DNA from: an uncultured Holophagales bacterium
GTDB taxonomy: Bacteria > Acidobacteriota > Thermoanaerobaculia > UBA5066
Assembly: GCA_963696015.1 (NCBI GenBank)
Contig: CAVOJA010000163.1
Coordinates: forward strand, 100,248-124,247
Direction: 5' to 3'
Length of the DNA: 24,000 nt
Part shown: piece after piece, positions 7,338-14,657 of the stretch
How the letters are laid out: the number at the start of each line of letters is the position of its first letter
Position numbering within the stretch: position 1 is the stretch's first letter
Translations under genes and position numbers: made by a program
Notes under the pieces: model-generated
What the model was told of the DNA's origin: nothing
Database searches by the model: none
Seen by the model: only the letters and a program-made list of their open reading frames with translations

Positions 7338-8633
7338 GTGGTGGCGGCTCCGAAGATCCTCTTCGTCTCCCCCGGCTGGCCGAAAGGACGTCTCTGGGGA
7401 GAGATGTCGTTCCGCTTCCCGAGCCTGTCCCTCGCCGTCGTCGCGGCGTCGACCCCACCGCACTGGGAGACGGACCTCTGCGACGAGGGTTTCGGCCCCG
7501 TCGACCCGTCGGCCAGCGCCGATGTCGTCGCGATCACGGCGATGACGGCCCAGGCCGTGCGGGCCTACGAGATCGCCGACGCCTTCCGGAGCCGCGGAAA
7601 GACCGTGGTAATGGGTGGCTTCCACGCGAGCAACCTCCCAGACGAGGCGCTCGGGCACGTCGACGCCGTCGTCGTGGGCGAGGCCGAGGCGGTCTGGCCG
7701 CGGCTCCTGGCTGATTTCGAGCAGGGACGGCTGCAGAAGGTCTACAGGGCGGACGCCCTGGTCGACACGGCCGCGATCCCGGTCGCGCGCCGTTCCATCT
7801 TCGACGGGAAGGGCTACCTCCTGACGAACACCGTCCAGACGACGCGCGGCTGCCCGTACGACTGCGAGTTCTGCTCGGTGACGGCCTACTTCGGCCGGAC
7901 GTACCGGAAGCGCCCCGTCGAGGCGGTTCTCGCCGAGCTCGCCCTGATGCGGAAGCGGGGCTCGTACGCCTTCTTCGTCGACGACAACATCGTCGTCGAC
8001 CGTGTGTACTCGCTGAAGCTCTTCCGAGGGATGAAGGAGCTCGGGCTCCGGTGGCTCTCCCACGCCTCGATCGACCTCGCCGAGGACCCCGGGCTCCTGA
8101 AGGCGATCGGGGAGTCGGGCTGCATCGGTCTCTTCGTCGGCTTCGAGTCGCTCGACGAGGAGACGCTTCGGGCCACGGGGAAGAAGACGAACCGGATCGC
8201 CGGCTACGTCGACGCGGCGAAGGCCTTCCGCGACAACGGCATCGGAATTCTCGGCTCGTTCGTCCTCGGCCTCGACGGCGAAGGGCCGGACGTCTTCGAG
8301 AGGGTCCTCCAGTTCTGCGAGTCCGCGCGCATCCAGGCGGGGATCTTCCCGATCCTCACGCCCTACCCCGGGACGAGGGTCCGCGAGCGCCTCCTCGCCG
8401 AGGACCGGATCCTCTCGAGCAACTGGCGGGACTACGACATGGAGCACGTGAACTACCGGCCGAAGGGGATGACCGCCGAGGAGCTGCAGGCGGGCTACGA
8501 CTGGCTGATGGAGCACTTCTATTCCTTCGGTTCGATGTGGCGGCGCCTCGGGCTCCACCGCTCGCTCCCGGCCTTCGGCCCGATGAACTTCGGTTTCCGG
8601 AGCGCCCTGAGGCGCAAGGTGGCGGATGCCTGA
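7338..8633 (+). CDS. B12-binding domain-containing (class B) radical SAM protein, 431 aa.
   Basis: The N-terminal Rossmann-like B12-binding region is KILFVSP...ADVVAITAMTAQAVRAYEIADAFRSRGKTVVMGGFHASNLPDEAL..VDAVVVGEAEAVWP. The radical SAM cluster motif is TTRGCPYDCEFCSV (CxxxCxxC). The C-terminal part (NWRDYDMEHVNYRPKGMTAEEL..GYDWLMEHFYS) resembles the DUF4070-type tail. The start is GTG. Confidence 0.85.
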   Translation: MVAAPKILFVSPGWPKGRLWGEMSFRFPSLSLAVVAASTPPHWETDLCDEGFGPVDPSASADVVAITAMTAQAVRAYEIADAFRSRGKTVVMGGFHASNLPDEALGHVDAVVVGEAEAVWPRLLADFEQGRLQKVYRADALVDTAAIPVARRSIFDGKGYLLTNTVQTTRGCPYDCEFCSVTAYFGRTYRKRPVEAVLAELALMRKRGSYAFFVDDNIVVDRVYSLKLFRGMKELGLRWLSHASIDLAEDPGLLKAIGESGCIGLFVGFESLDEETLRATGKKTNRIAGYVDAAKAFRDNGIGILGSFVLGLDGEGPDVFERVLQFCESARIQAGIFPILTPYPGTRVRERLLAEDRILSSNWRDYDMEHVNYRPKGMTAEELQAGYDWLMEHFYSFGSMWRRLGLHRSLPAFGPMNFGFRSALRRKVADA

Positions 8634-8660
8634 CGAGCCGGTGGAAAGAAAGAGCGATTC

Positions 8661-10076
8661 GTGAGGGTCCTCATGATCTCGGCGAACCGGGAAACGGACC
8701 CCTCGCCCGTATTCCCTCTTGGCCTCGCGTACCTTGCGGGGCCGGTCGAGAGGGCGGGACATGCCGCGCGCCTCCTCGACCTGTGCTTCGAGGCGAACGT
8801 TTCCGTCGCCGTCCGGCGGGAGCTCGCCGAGTTCACTCCCGACGTCGTTCTCGTCTCGATCCGCAACATCGACAACGTGACGTGGCCCACCTGTCGCTCC
8901 TATGTCGACGGTGTCCGTGAGGTCGTCACCCTCTGCCGGGAACGAGCGGTCGTCGTCCTCGGCGGCTCGGGGTTCTCGCTCGAGCCCGTGTCGCTCCTCG
9001 ACGCGACACGGGCCCACTGCGGCGTCGTTGGCGAGGGCGAGGAGGTCCTTCCGTACCTCCTCGAGCGAATCGAGGCGGGCCTCCCGCTCCAGGGGCTTCC
9101 CGGCGTCGTCGTCGCCGGTGCGGGGGAGCCCGCGAGGGCGCGCATCCCTCTGTCGATCGGGGCGCCGAGCCGGAGCCTCTTCGACGTCTCGCGATACCTG
9201 ACGGAAGGGGGCGCGGCGAACGTCCAGACGAAGCGCGGCTGCTCCTTTGGCTGCGTCTACTGTACCTACCCGATCCTGGAAGGGAGCCGGGTCCGCACCC
9301 GGCCGCCAGCGGACGTCGTCCGGGAGCTGCGCGCCCTCGTCGACGAGCACGGCGTCGACTACGTCGAGTTCTGCGACGACATCTTCAATTTCCCCGAGTC
9401 GGCCGCGGCGGAGCTCTGCAACGCGATGATCGCCGAAGGGCTCCGGCTCTCCTGGTCGGCGTTCGTCAACCCGGGACACCTCGACCCTCGGCTCCTCGAC
9501 CTGATGGTCGAGGCAGGCTGCGACGCGGTGGAGCTCGGCACCGATTCGGGCTCGCCCGCCATGCTCAGAAGCCTCGGCAAGTCCTTCACGGTCGAGGAGG
9601 TCCGGCAGTCGTCGCGTCTCTGCCACGAGGCAGGTGTCGCCACGGCCCATTTCCTCCTCTTCGGAGGCCCCGGCGAGAACGAAGAGACGATCGCCGAGAG
9701 CGTGGCCCTGATGGACGAGCTCGCGCCGGAAGCGGTCATCGTGATGGTCGGGATAAGGATCTACGCGGGGACCGAGCTTCACGAGGTTGCGCTTCGCGAA
9801 GGGGTCGTGACCGAGAGCCAGTGCCTCCTCGAGCCGGTCTTCTACCCGGCGGAGCCCGAGCTGCGCCGGATAGCGGACCGGGTGGCGCAGGAGGCAGGCC
9901 GACGCCGGACCTGGATCGTCCCCGGCCTCGAGGTGAACACGTCGGCCGGAGTCCTCGAGATGCTCCGGCGGCGGCAGCAGCGTGGTCCGGTCTGGAAGGT
10001 GCTCGGTCGGCGCGCGAGCTGGCGCGGCCGGGTGCGGCACGCGGCGGCGACAGGCAGCAACGGCGTGCCGGCGTAG
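8661..10076 (+). CDS. B12-binding domain-containing (class B) radical SAM protein, 471 aa. It resembles the 'lipid biosynthesis B12-binding/radical SAM' type.
   Basis: The N-terminus MRVLMISANRETDPSPVFPLGLAYLAGPVERAGHAARLLDL and VVVLGGSGFS fit a B12-binding domain. The cluster motif is TKRGCSFGCVYCTY. It starts 28 nt after the previous rSAM gene. The start is GTG at 8661, with an alternative ATG at 8673. Confidence 0.8.
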   Translation: MRVLMISANRETDPSPVFPLGLAYLAGPVERAGHAARLLDLCFEANVSVAVRRELAEFTPDVVLVSIRNIDNVTWPTCRSYVDGVREVVTLCRERAVVVLGGSGFSLEPVSLLDATRAHCGVVGEGEEVLPYLLERIEAGLPLQGLPGVVVAGAGEPARARIPLSIGAPSRSLFDVSRYLTEGGAANVQTKRGCSFGCVYCTYPILEGSRVRTRPPADVVRELRALVDEHGVDYVEFCDDIFNFPESAAAELCNAMIAEGLRLSWSAFVNPGHLDPRLLDLMVEAGCDAVELGTDSGSPAMLRSLGKSFTVEEVRQSSRLCHEAGVATAHFLLFGGPGENEETIAESVALMDELAPEAVIVMVGIRIYAGTELHEVALREGVVTESQCLLEPVFYPAEPELRRIADRVAQEAGRRRTWIVPGLEVNTSAGVLEMLRRRQQRGPVWKVLGRRASWRGRVRHAAATGSNGVPA

Positions 10077-10089
10077 GTCTGCGCCCGGG

Positions 10090-10527
10090 TCAGTTGACGG
10101 ACAGGACGATCCCAAGCCGCGTCAGCGTCACGGGGTGTCGGAGCAGGCCCCGGATGCGGATCACCCCGCCGAAGACTTTCGAAACGACGGCCCGGCCGGC
10201 CTTGTCGAAGTAGAAGGGGAGCCCACCGACGAGCCGGACGTTGGAGAGCTCGAGGATCGAGTCCGAGTCGGCGGTCACGGTGACACCCGTTCCCTCGAGG
10301 ATTCCGTCGTGGACGACGCATCGGCCGCGGTTGAAGACGAGCGTCACCTTCACCTCGGCGTCGGTTGCAATGAGTCCGACCGACCCCTTCATGCGGAGGA
10401 AGACAGCCCTCTTGCGGATGCTCGTCTCGACGTTGGCGCGGAGGAGCTCGGCCACCATGTTGGCGAGGCCGTTCTCCCCGGCGCCCCGGTCGACGGTGAT
10501 CTCCGGCTCGGCCACGCTCACCCTCAC
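10090..10527 (-). CDS. SCP2 sterol/lipid-binding domain protein, last gene of the AOR operon.
   Basis: LANMVAELLRANVE, VTLVFNRGRCVVHDG, VTVTADSDSILELSN and GGVIRIRGLLRHPVTLTRL match the SCP2-type layout as I remember it. GTG at 10521, with GGAGA 6 nt upstream, is an alternative start. Confidence 0.55.
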   Translation of the reverse strand: MRVSVAEPEITVDRGAGENGLANMVAELLRANVETSIRKRAVFLRMKGSVGLIATDAEVKVTLVFNRGRCVVHDGILEGTGVTVTADSDSILELSNVRLVGGLPFYFDKAGRAVVSKVFGGVIRIRGLLRHPVTLTRLGIVLSVN

Positions 10528-10551
10528 TCTCCGATCGCAGCGGTACGGGAC

Positions 10552-11718
10552 CTAGAACGCCGCCCGGTAGACCTCGAGCAGCTCGTCCGCACCGAGGACG
10601 GTCCTGCCGTTGTAGATGATCGAGGCGTCGGCGAGAGTCGCCTCCGCGAGCTCGGGGAGGGCGCTCTCGGGTACTCCCTGCGAGGAGAGCGTCTGTGGCA
10701 GCCCCGTCCCGGCCGAGAGCCCCGAAAGGCGCTCGGCCACCAGCTCCGCGCAGGCATCGTCGGTGAGACCGTCGACCGCGACCCCGAGCGCCGCGGCGAC
10801 GGGGCGGTAGGTGGCCGCCACCTCGACGGCATTGAAGCGGACGACGTGCGGCATGACGATGGAGTTCGCGAGCCCGTGGTGGATCCCGTAGCGCGCCCCG
10901 ACCGTGTGGGCGATGGCGTGAACCAATCCGACCTGCGCATTCGAGAACGCGGCGCCGGCCATGTTCGAGGCGATGAGCATCTGCCCGCGGGCCACGAGGT
11001 CCTTGCCGTCCGCGACGGCGCGCGGCAGAAACTCGCGGATGAGGCGGATGGCGTGGAGCGCAAGGCCGTCCGCGATCGGCTCGTTCTGCTGGGAGTGGAT
11101 CGACTCGACCGCATGGGACATGGCGTCCATCCCCGTGGCGGCGGTGAGGCCCGCCGGGAGACCGACGGTCAGGTCGGGGTCGAGGAGGGCGGTATTCGGG
11201 ATGATGTTGTAGTCGCCGAAGAGGAGCTTTTGGTGCGCCTCGTGGTCCTTGATGACCGCGACGTAGGTGACTTCGCTCCCCGTGCCGGCCGTCGTCGGAA
11301 TCGCGACGTGCGGCGTCTGCGGCCGCTTGAGCACCTGGAAACCCTCGTAGTCCCTCAGCGAGCCGCCCTCCTTGAGGACGATGGCGATTCCCTTGGCGGT
11401 GTCGATCGCGCTCCCGCCGCCGACGCTGACGATGCAGTCGGCGCCTCGCTCGCGCGCGAACGCGGCGCCCGCGTCGACGATGTGGACGCCCGAGTCGGGC
11501 ACCACGCCGGAGAAGACGCCCACGCAGGTGTCGCTCAGGGTCTTCTCGATGCGCCCGGGGACGTCGGTGCCTCTCGCCAGACCCTCGTCGGTCACGATCA
11601 CGGCGCGCGAGCAGCCGAGGGCGCGGACCTCTTCCCTCACGTCCCTGGACGAGCCCGAGCCGAAGACGACCCGGGTCGTGTTCATGAAGAGGAACGAGAG
11701 GCTCGAATCGTAGGTCAT
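10552..11718 (-). CDS. Iron-containing (group III) alcohol dehydrogenase.
   Basis: SVGGGSAIDTAKGIA is the GGGSxxD motif. Also present: AIPTTAGTGSEVT, TAATGMDAMSHAVES and VGLVHAIAHTVGARYGIHHGLANS (metal-binding His residues). Its start overlaps the upstream SCP2 stop (ATGA at 11715-11718). Confidence 0.9.
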   Translation of the reverse strand: MTYDSSLSFLFMNTTRVVFGSGSSRDVREEVRALGCSRAVIVTDEGLARGTDVPGRIEKTLSDTCVGVFSGVVPDSGVHIVDAGAAFARERGADCIVSVGGGSAIDTAKGIAIVLKEGGSLRDYEGFQVLKRPQTPHVAIPTTAGTGSEVTYVAVIKDHEAHQKLLFGDYNIIPNTALLDPDLTVGLPAGLTAATGMDAMSHAVESIHSQQNEPIADGLALHAIRLIREFLPRAVADGKDLVARGQMLIASNMAGAAFSNAQVGLVHAIAHTVGARYGIHHGLANSIVMPHVVRFNAVEVAATYRPVAAALGVAVDGLTDDACAELVAERLSGLSAGTGLPQTLSSQGVPESALPELAEATLADASIIYNGRTVLGADELLEVYRAAF

Positions 11719-12140
11719 GGCTCGTCCAGAAATTTGGTCGGCACGCGGGTGGCGCAGGTGACGAGAGCCTGGGCCGCCTTGACGTTACGGACGATGATCT
11801 GGAGGTTGCCCTTGAGCTTGAGCTTGCCCTGCATCATCCCCTTGACCGGCTCGAGCTCCTTGTGGATGACCTGTTTCCACCGGGCGTAGTCGCCGAAGAT
11901 GCAGAAGGGCGCGGTCTGCGCTTCCTCGACCGTGCAGTGGTGGGCCTCCCGGCAGACGCCCTCGTGGAGGTCGAGCCAGATGCCGTACGCCTCGGCGAGC
12001 CCGATCTCGGGCTGCGGGTTGACGACGAGGGCCGTCACGCCGTAGGTCCACGGCTTGCCGCCCTCCTTGTACTCCGGGCTCTCGTTGATGGCCGTGAAGA
12101 AGGCCGTGACCCACTCTTCTGAAGGAAACGTGATCGACAT
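11715..12140 (-). CDS. SCP2 sterol/lipid-binding domain protein.
   Basis: FPSEEWVTAFFTAINESPEYKEGGKPW, YGIWLDLHEGVC, FCIFGDYARWKQVIHKELEPVKGMMQGKLKLKGNLQ is the classic SCP2 signature (GKLKxKGD/N). GGAGG lies 5 nt upstream of the ATG. Confidence 0.7.
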   Translation of the reverse strand: MSITFPSEEWVTAFFTAINESPEYKEGGKPWTYGVTALVVNPQPEIGLAEAYGIWLDLHEGVCREAHHCTVEEAQTAPFCIFGDYARWKQVIHKELEPVKGMMQGKLKLKGNLQIIVRNVKAAQALVTCATRVPTKFLDEP

Positions 12141-12166
12141 TCCGTCCTCCGCTATTCGCCGTTCTT

Positions 12167-14041
12167 TCAGGATTCCCGGTGAAGGGCCACGCCGACCTCG
12201 GCGAGGCCCGCTTGTTCCAGAACCGCCCGGAGCGGCCGTCCGTGCTCGTCGAGGCCGCGCTCCTCGTAGTCCTCGCGAAGCAGCAGCGCCTCGTCGGGGA
12301 CGAGGCCGGCGGCCGCGTCGTCGGGAACCGGCGTCCGGATCTTCAGGGGGAGGCGGTCGTCATCCCGCGTCACGCCCATCAGGTTGTTCAGAGCCCGCTT
12401 GAGGAGCCAGCGGCGCTTCCCGGTGCGGCGGTACTCCTCGACGGAGTCGCCGGCCCAGCCGGTCACGGCGCGGTTCGCCCGGCCGAGCTCGTCGAACCGG
12501 TAGCACCACATCTCGAGCTCGCAGAGGGCGAGCGCGTTCAGCGGGAGGGCCAGGTCCTCGCCGATGCGGACCATCGGGGCCTTGCCCTCTCTCGTCAGGC
12601 CGTCGGAGCTCTCCTCGGGGCCGACGTCCGCGTAGGAGGCGAGACCGTGCTCGATGGCCTCCACGAGGTGAGCCTCGTGGCAGGCGCCGCGGTCGGAGGT
12701 CATGTAGGACAGGGCGAGCCCGTGCGAGCCGCGGGGGTCGTGCATCGGGATCTCGAGGTCCTCGATCTCTGCGGTCAGGTCCTCGGAGCCGCGCTCGAGG
12801 CGCCGGGCGGCGCTCCGGCTCCCCTCGGCGAGGAGATCGCCGATTCCTTGCCGCCGCGCGATCTCGAGCAGCATCGCGATGGCGCCGTCCACGTCGCCGA
12901 ACACGAGAGGGAGGCCTCCCGTGTCCTCGAGCGTCAGGAGCCCTTTCGGGAAGCAGTCGTAGGCCCACGCGATGGTGAAGCCAGCCGAGATCGAGTCGGC
13001 CCCGTAGCGGTTGCACCACTCGTTCGACTTGATGACCCCGGCGGGGTCCTTCTGGGCGAGCATCGTCCCGAAGGCGGCGCACGTCTCGTACTCGGGCCCG
13101 GGACCGACGGCCATTATTTCGTACGGGCCGTTCTTCCCCTCGACCTCGCGGCGGAAGGCGATCGGGCAGGTGGAGCAGGCCACACCTCGCTTGAGGTAGG
13201 TCTCGGACATCGTCGGTCCGGAGAGGGCGTTCGAGAGCTCGAAGTCCTCGCCGCGGGACCAGTCTGCGATCGGGATGTCGCCTATCCTCATCCCGAGGTC
13301 CATGGCCGAGTCGGTGCCGACTTCCTTCAGGGCCTGGGCGGGTACGGCCTCCGAAATCTTGCCGAGCAGCTCTTCGCAGATCGCCTCGTAAGCAACGGGA
13401 TCGGCGATCGGGATCGTGCCGCTGCCGCGGCAGACGACCGCCTTCAGGCGCTTGCTGCCCATGACCGCGCCCATCCCGGTACGTCCCACGAAGTCGTGCT
13501 CGTTGTTGCCCATGGCGGCGAAGCGGACGAGGTCCTCGCCGGACGGGCCGATGGGGAGGACGCTGGGCCGCTTGCCGCCGGTCGTCGTCTCCCGGAGGCG
13601 GTCGGTCGTCTCGTAGGTGTCGAGGCCCCAGAGGTCGGTCGCGTCCCGGAGCGCGACCTCGGCGCCGTCGAGCACGAGCATCACTGGCCGCGGCGACTGT
13701 CCGACGAAGACGAGGCCGTCGACGCCACAGCGCTTCAGGGCAGGGGCGAAGTCGCCGCCGCAGCTTCCCTCTCCCCAGATCCCGGTCAATGGGGAGCGGG
13801 CCGCGCCGGCGAAACGGGAGCTGCCGGGAACGAGGGTGCCTGAGATCGGGCCCGTCAGGACGAAGAGCTCGTCGTCCGGCCCGAGCGGATCGGCGGCGGA
13901 CTTGCCGCGAAGGAAGAAGAGGTCGGCCGCGAGACCGCTGCCGCCCAGGCGCTTCCTCTGAACCTCTTTCGGAATCGGGAGCTCGCCGATCGTCCCCTGG
14001 GCGAGTTCGACTTCCAGGTTCCTGCCGACGTAGCCGCTCAT
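12167..14041 (-). CDS. aor: Aldehyde:ferredoxin oxidoreductase family protein (tungsto-/molybdopterin enzyme, AOR family).
   Basis: N-terminal AFOR_N-like region: MSGYVGRNLEVELAQGTI..RKRLGGSGLAADLFF..DPLGPDDELFVLTGPISGT..PGSSRF..ARSPLTG. Also MGSKRLKAVV, CSTCPIA, GPEYETCAAFG, YGADSISAG and DRGACHEAH. A GAGGAG Shine-Dalgarno lies 9 nt upstream of the ATG. Confidence 0.9.
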   Translation of the reverse strand: MSGYVGRNLEVELAQGTIGELPIPKEVQRKRLGGSGLAADLFFLRGKSAADPLGPDDELFVLTGPISGTLVPGSSRFAGAARSPLTGIWGEGSCGGDFAPALKRCGVDGLVFVGQSPRPVMLVLDGAEVALRDATDLWGLDTYETTDRLRETTTGGKRPSVLPIGPSGEDLVRFAAMGNNEHDFVGRTGMGAVMGSKRLKAVVCRGSGTIPIADPVAYEAICEELLGKISEAVPAQALKEVGTDSAMDLGMRIGDIPIADWSRGEDFELSNALSGPTMSETYLKRGVACSTCPIAFRREVEGKNGPYEIMAVGPGPEYETCAAFGTMLAQKDPAGVIKSNEWCNRYGADSISAGFTIAWAYDCFPKGLLTLEDTGGLPLVFGDVDGAIAMLLEIARRQGIGDLLAEGSRSAARRLERGSEDLTAEIEDLEIPMHDPRGSHGLALSYMTSDRGACHEAHLVEAIEHGLASYADVGPEESSDGLTREGKAPMVRIGEDLALPLNALALCELEMWCYRFDELGRANRAVTGWAGDSVEEYRRTGKRRWLLKRALNNLMGVTRDDDRLPLKIRTPVPDDAAAGLVPDEALLLREDYEERGLDEHGRPLRAVLEQAGLAEVGVALHRES

Positions 14042-14151
14042 GCTGTCCGGCTCCTCTCGTGCTCGGGATCGGATTCTCTGCGGCCTGATGCTACGTCTCG
14101 CCCGAGGCGCGTCTCTGGAAGCGTTTCTCGAACGAGCGGGGAAACCCCCTC

Positions 14152-14180
14152 AAGCTAGGCGCCACCGTTCGGGATGTCAA
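14152..14180 (-). promoter_or_regulatory. Candidate sigma70-type promoter for the AOR operon.
   Basis: The minus strand reads TTGACA, a 17-nt spacer (tcccgaacggtggcgcc), then TAGCTT. It lies about 110 nt upstream of the AOR ATG. A second TTGACA on the plus strand (14208-14213) points the other way. This is a sequence match only. Confidence 0.35.
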
Positions 14181-14187
14181 CAGGCGA

Positions 14188-14535
14188 GTGGCGGTGCTCG
14201 TCCGGGCGTTGACAGGCCGGAAGCGGGCGGTGCGTTTCTCGACGGAGCAGAGCGTCACGCCAATCATCCTCGTCATTCTTCCGGCACCGTTCCATCGCGC
14301 TGCCGGAGGGGTTGGCGAGGTTGCCGCGGAGGGCGATACAGTCGCCTCGGTTCTCGCCTCGCGGTGTCGCAGCCACTCGGCCGTGGCGCGGCTCGTTCTC
14401 AGGGAGAACGACGAGCCGCGCCGGGGAGTGAGCCTGTTTCTGAATGGCAGCGACATCAGGGCTCTCGGAGGTCTCGGCACTCCTCTTCACCCGGAGGACC
14501 GCCTCGCGGTGATGCTGCTGATGGCGAGGGGGTGA
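14188..14535 (+). CDS. MoaD/ThiS-like ubiquitin-fold (beta-grasp) protein, transcribed divergently from AOR. The start codon is uncertain.
   Basis: VILPAPFHRAAGGVGEVAAEGDTVASVLASRC....ARLVLRENDEPRRGVSLFLNGSDIRALGGLGTPLHPEDRLAVMLLMARG* follows the MoaD pattern (V..FA.LR...G...V.....TV..LL..L......VNG........T.L..GDEVA..PP.SGG). It ends in Arg-Gly, not Gly-Gly. In-frame starts are GTG 14188, GTG 14194, TTG 14206 and GTG 14227. Confidence 0.5.
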   Translation: MAVLVRALTGRKRAVRFSTEQSVTPIILVILPAPFHRAAGGVGEVAAEGDTVASVLASRCRSHSAVARLVLRENDEPRRGVSLFLNGSDIRALGGLGTPLHPEDRLAVMLLMARG

Positions 14536-14657
14536 GCGGAGTCCGGCCGCCGGGGAGCTCCCGGCAAACGAATCGGACCCTCGAGCCGTAGCGGGAGCAG
14601 GTCTGCCGAGACGGTCGGACGCGCCGTCCCCGGCGGTCGCAACGGGAGAGGAGTGTC

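Noticed and set aside
6588-10115. 1175-aa ORF on the minus strand, the longest ORF in the window.
   Set aside because: It runs antisense to two well-supported radical SAM genes and the GGDEF relic. Its translation is Arg/Pro/Gly/Asp-rich low-complexity sequence with no recognisable motif. This is a typical shadow ORF of high-GC DNA.
9982-13843. ORFs 9982..11889 (+, 635 aa) and 12179..13843 (+, 554 aa).
   Set aside because: They run antisense to the SCP2, Fe-ADH and AOR genes, which carry clear family motifs and Shine-Dalgarno sites. The translations are low-complexity.
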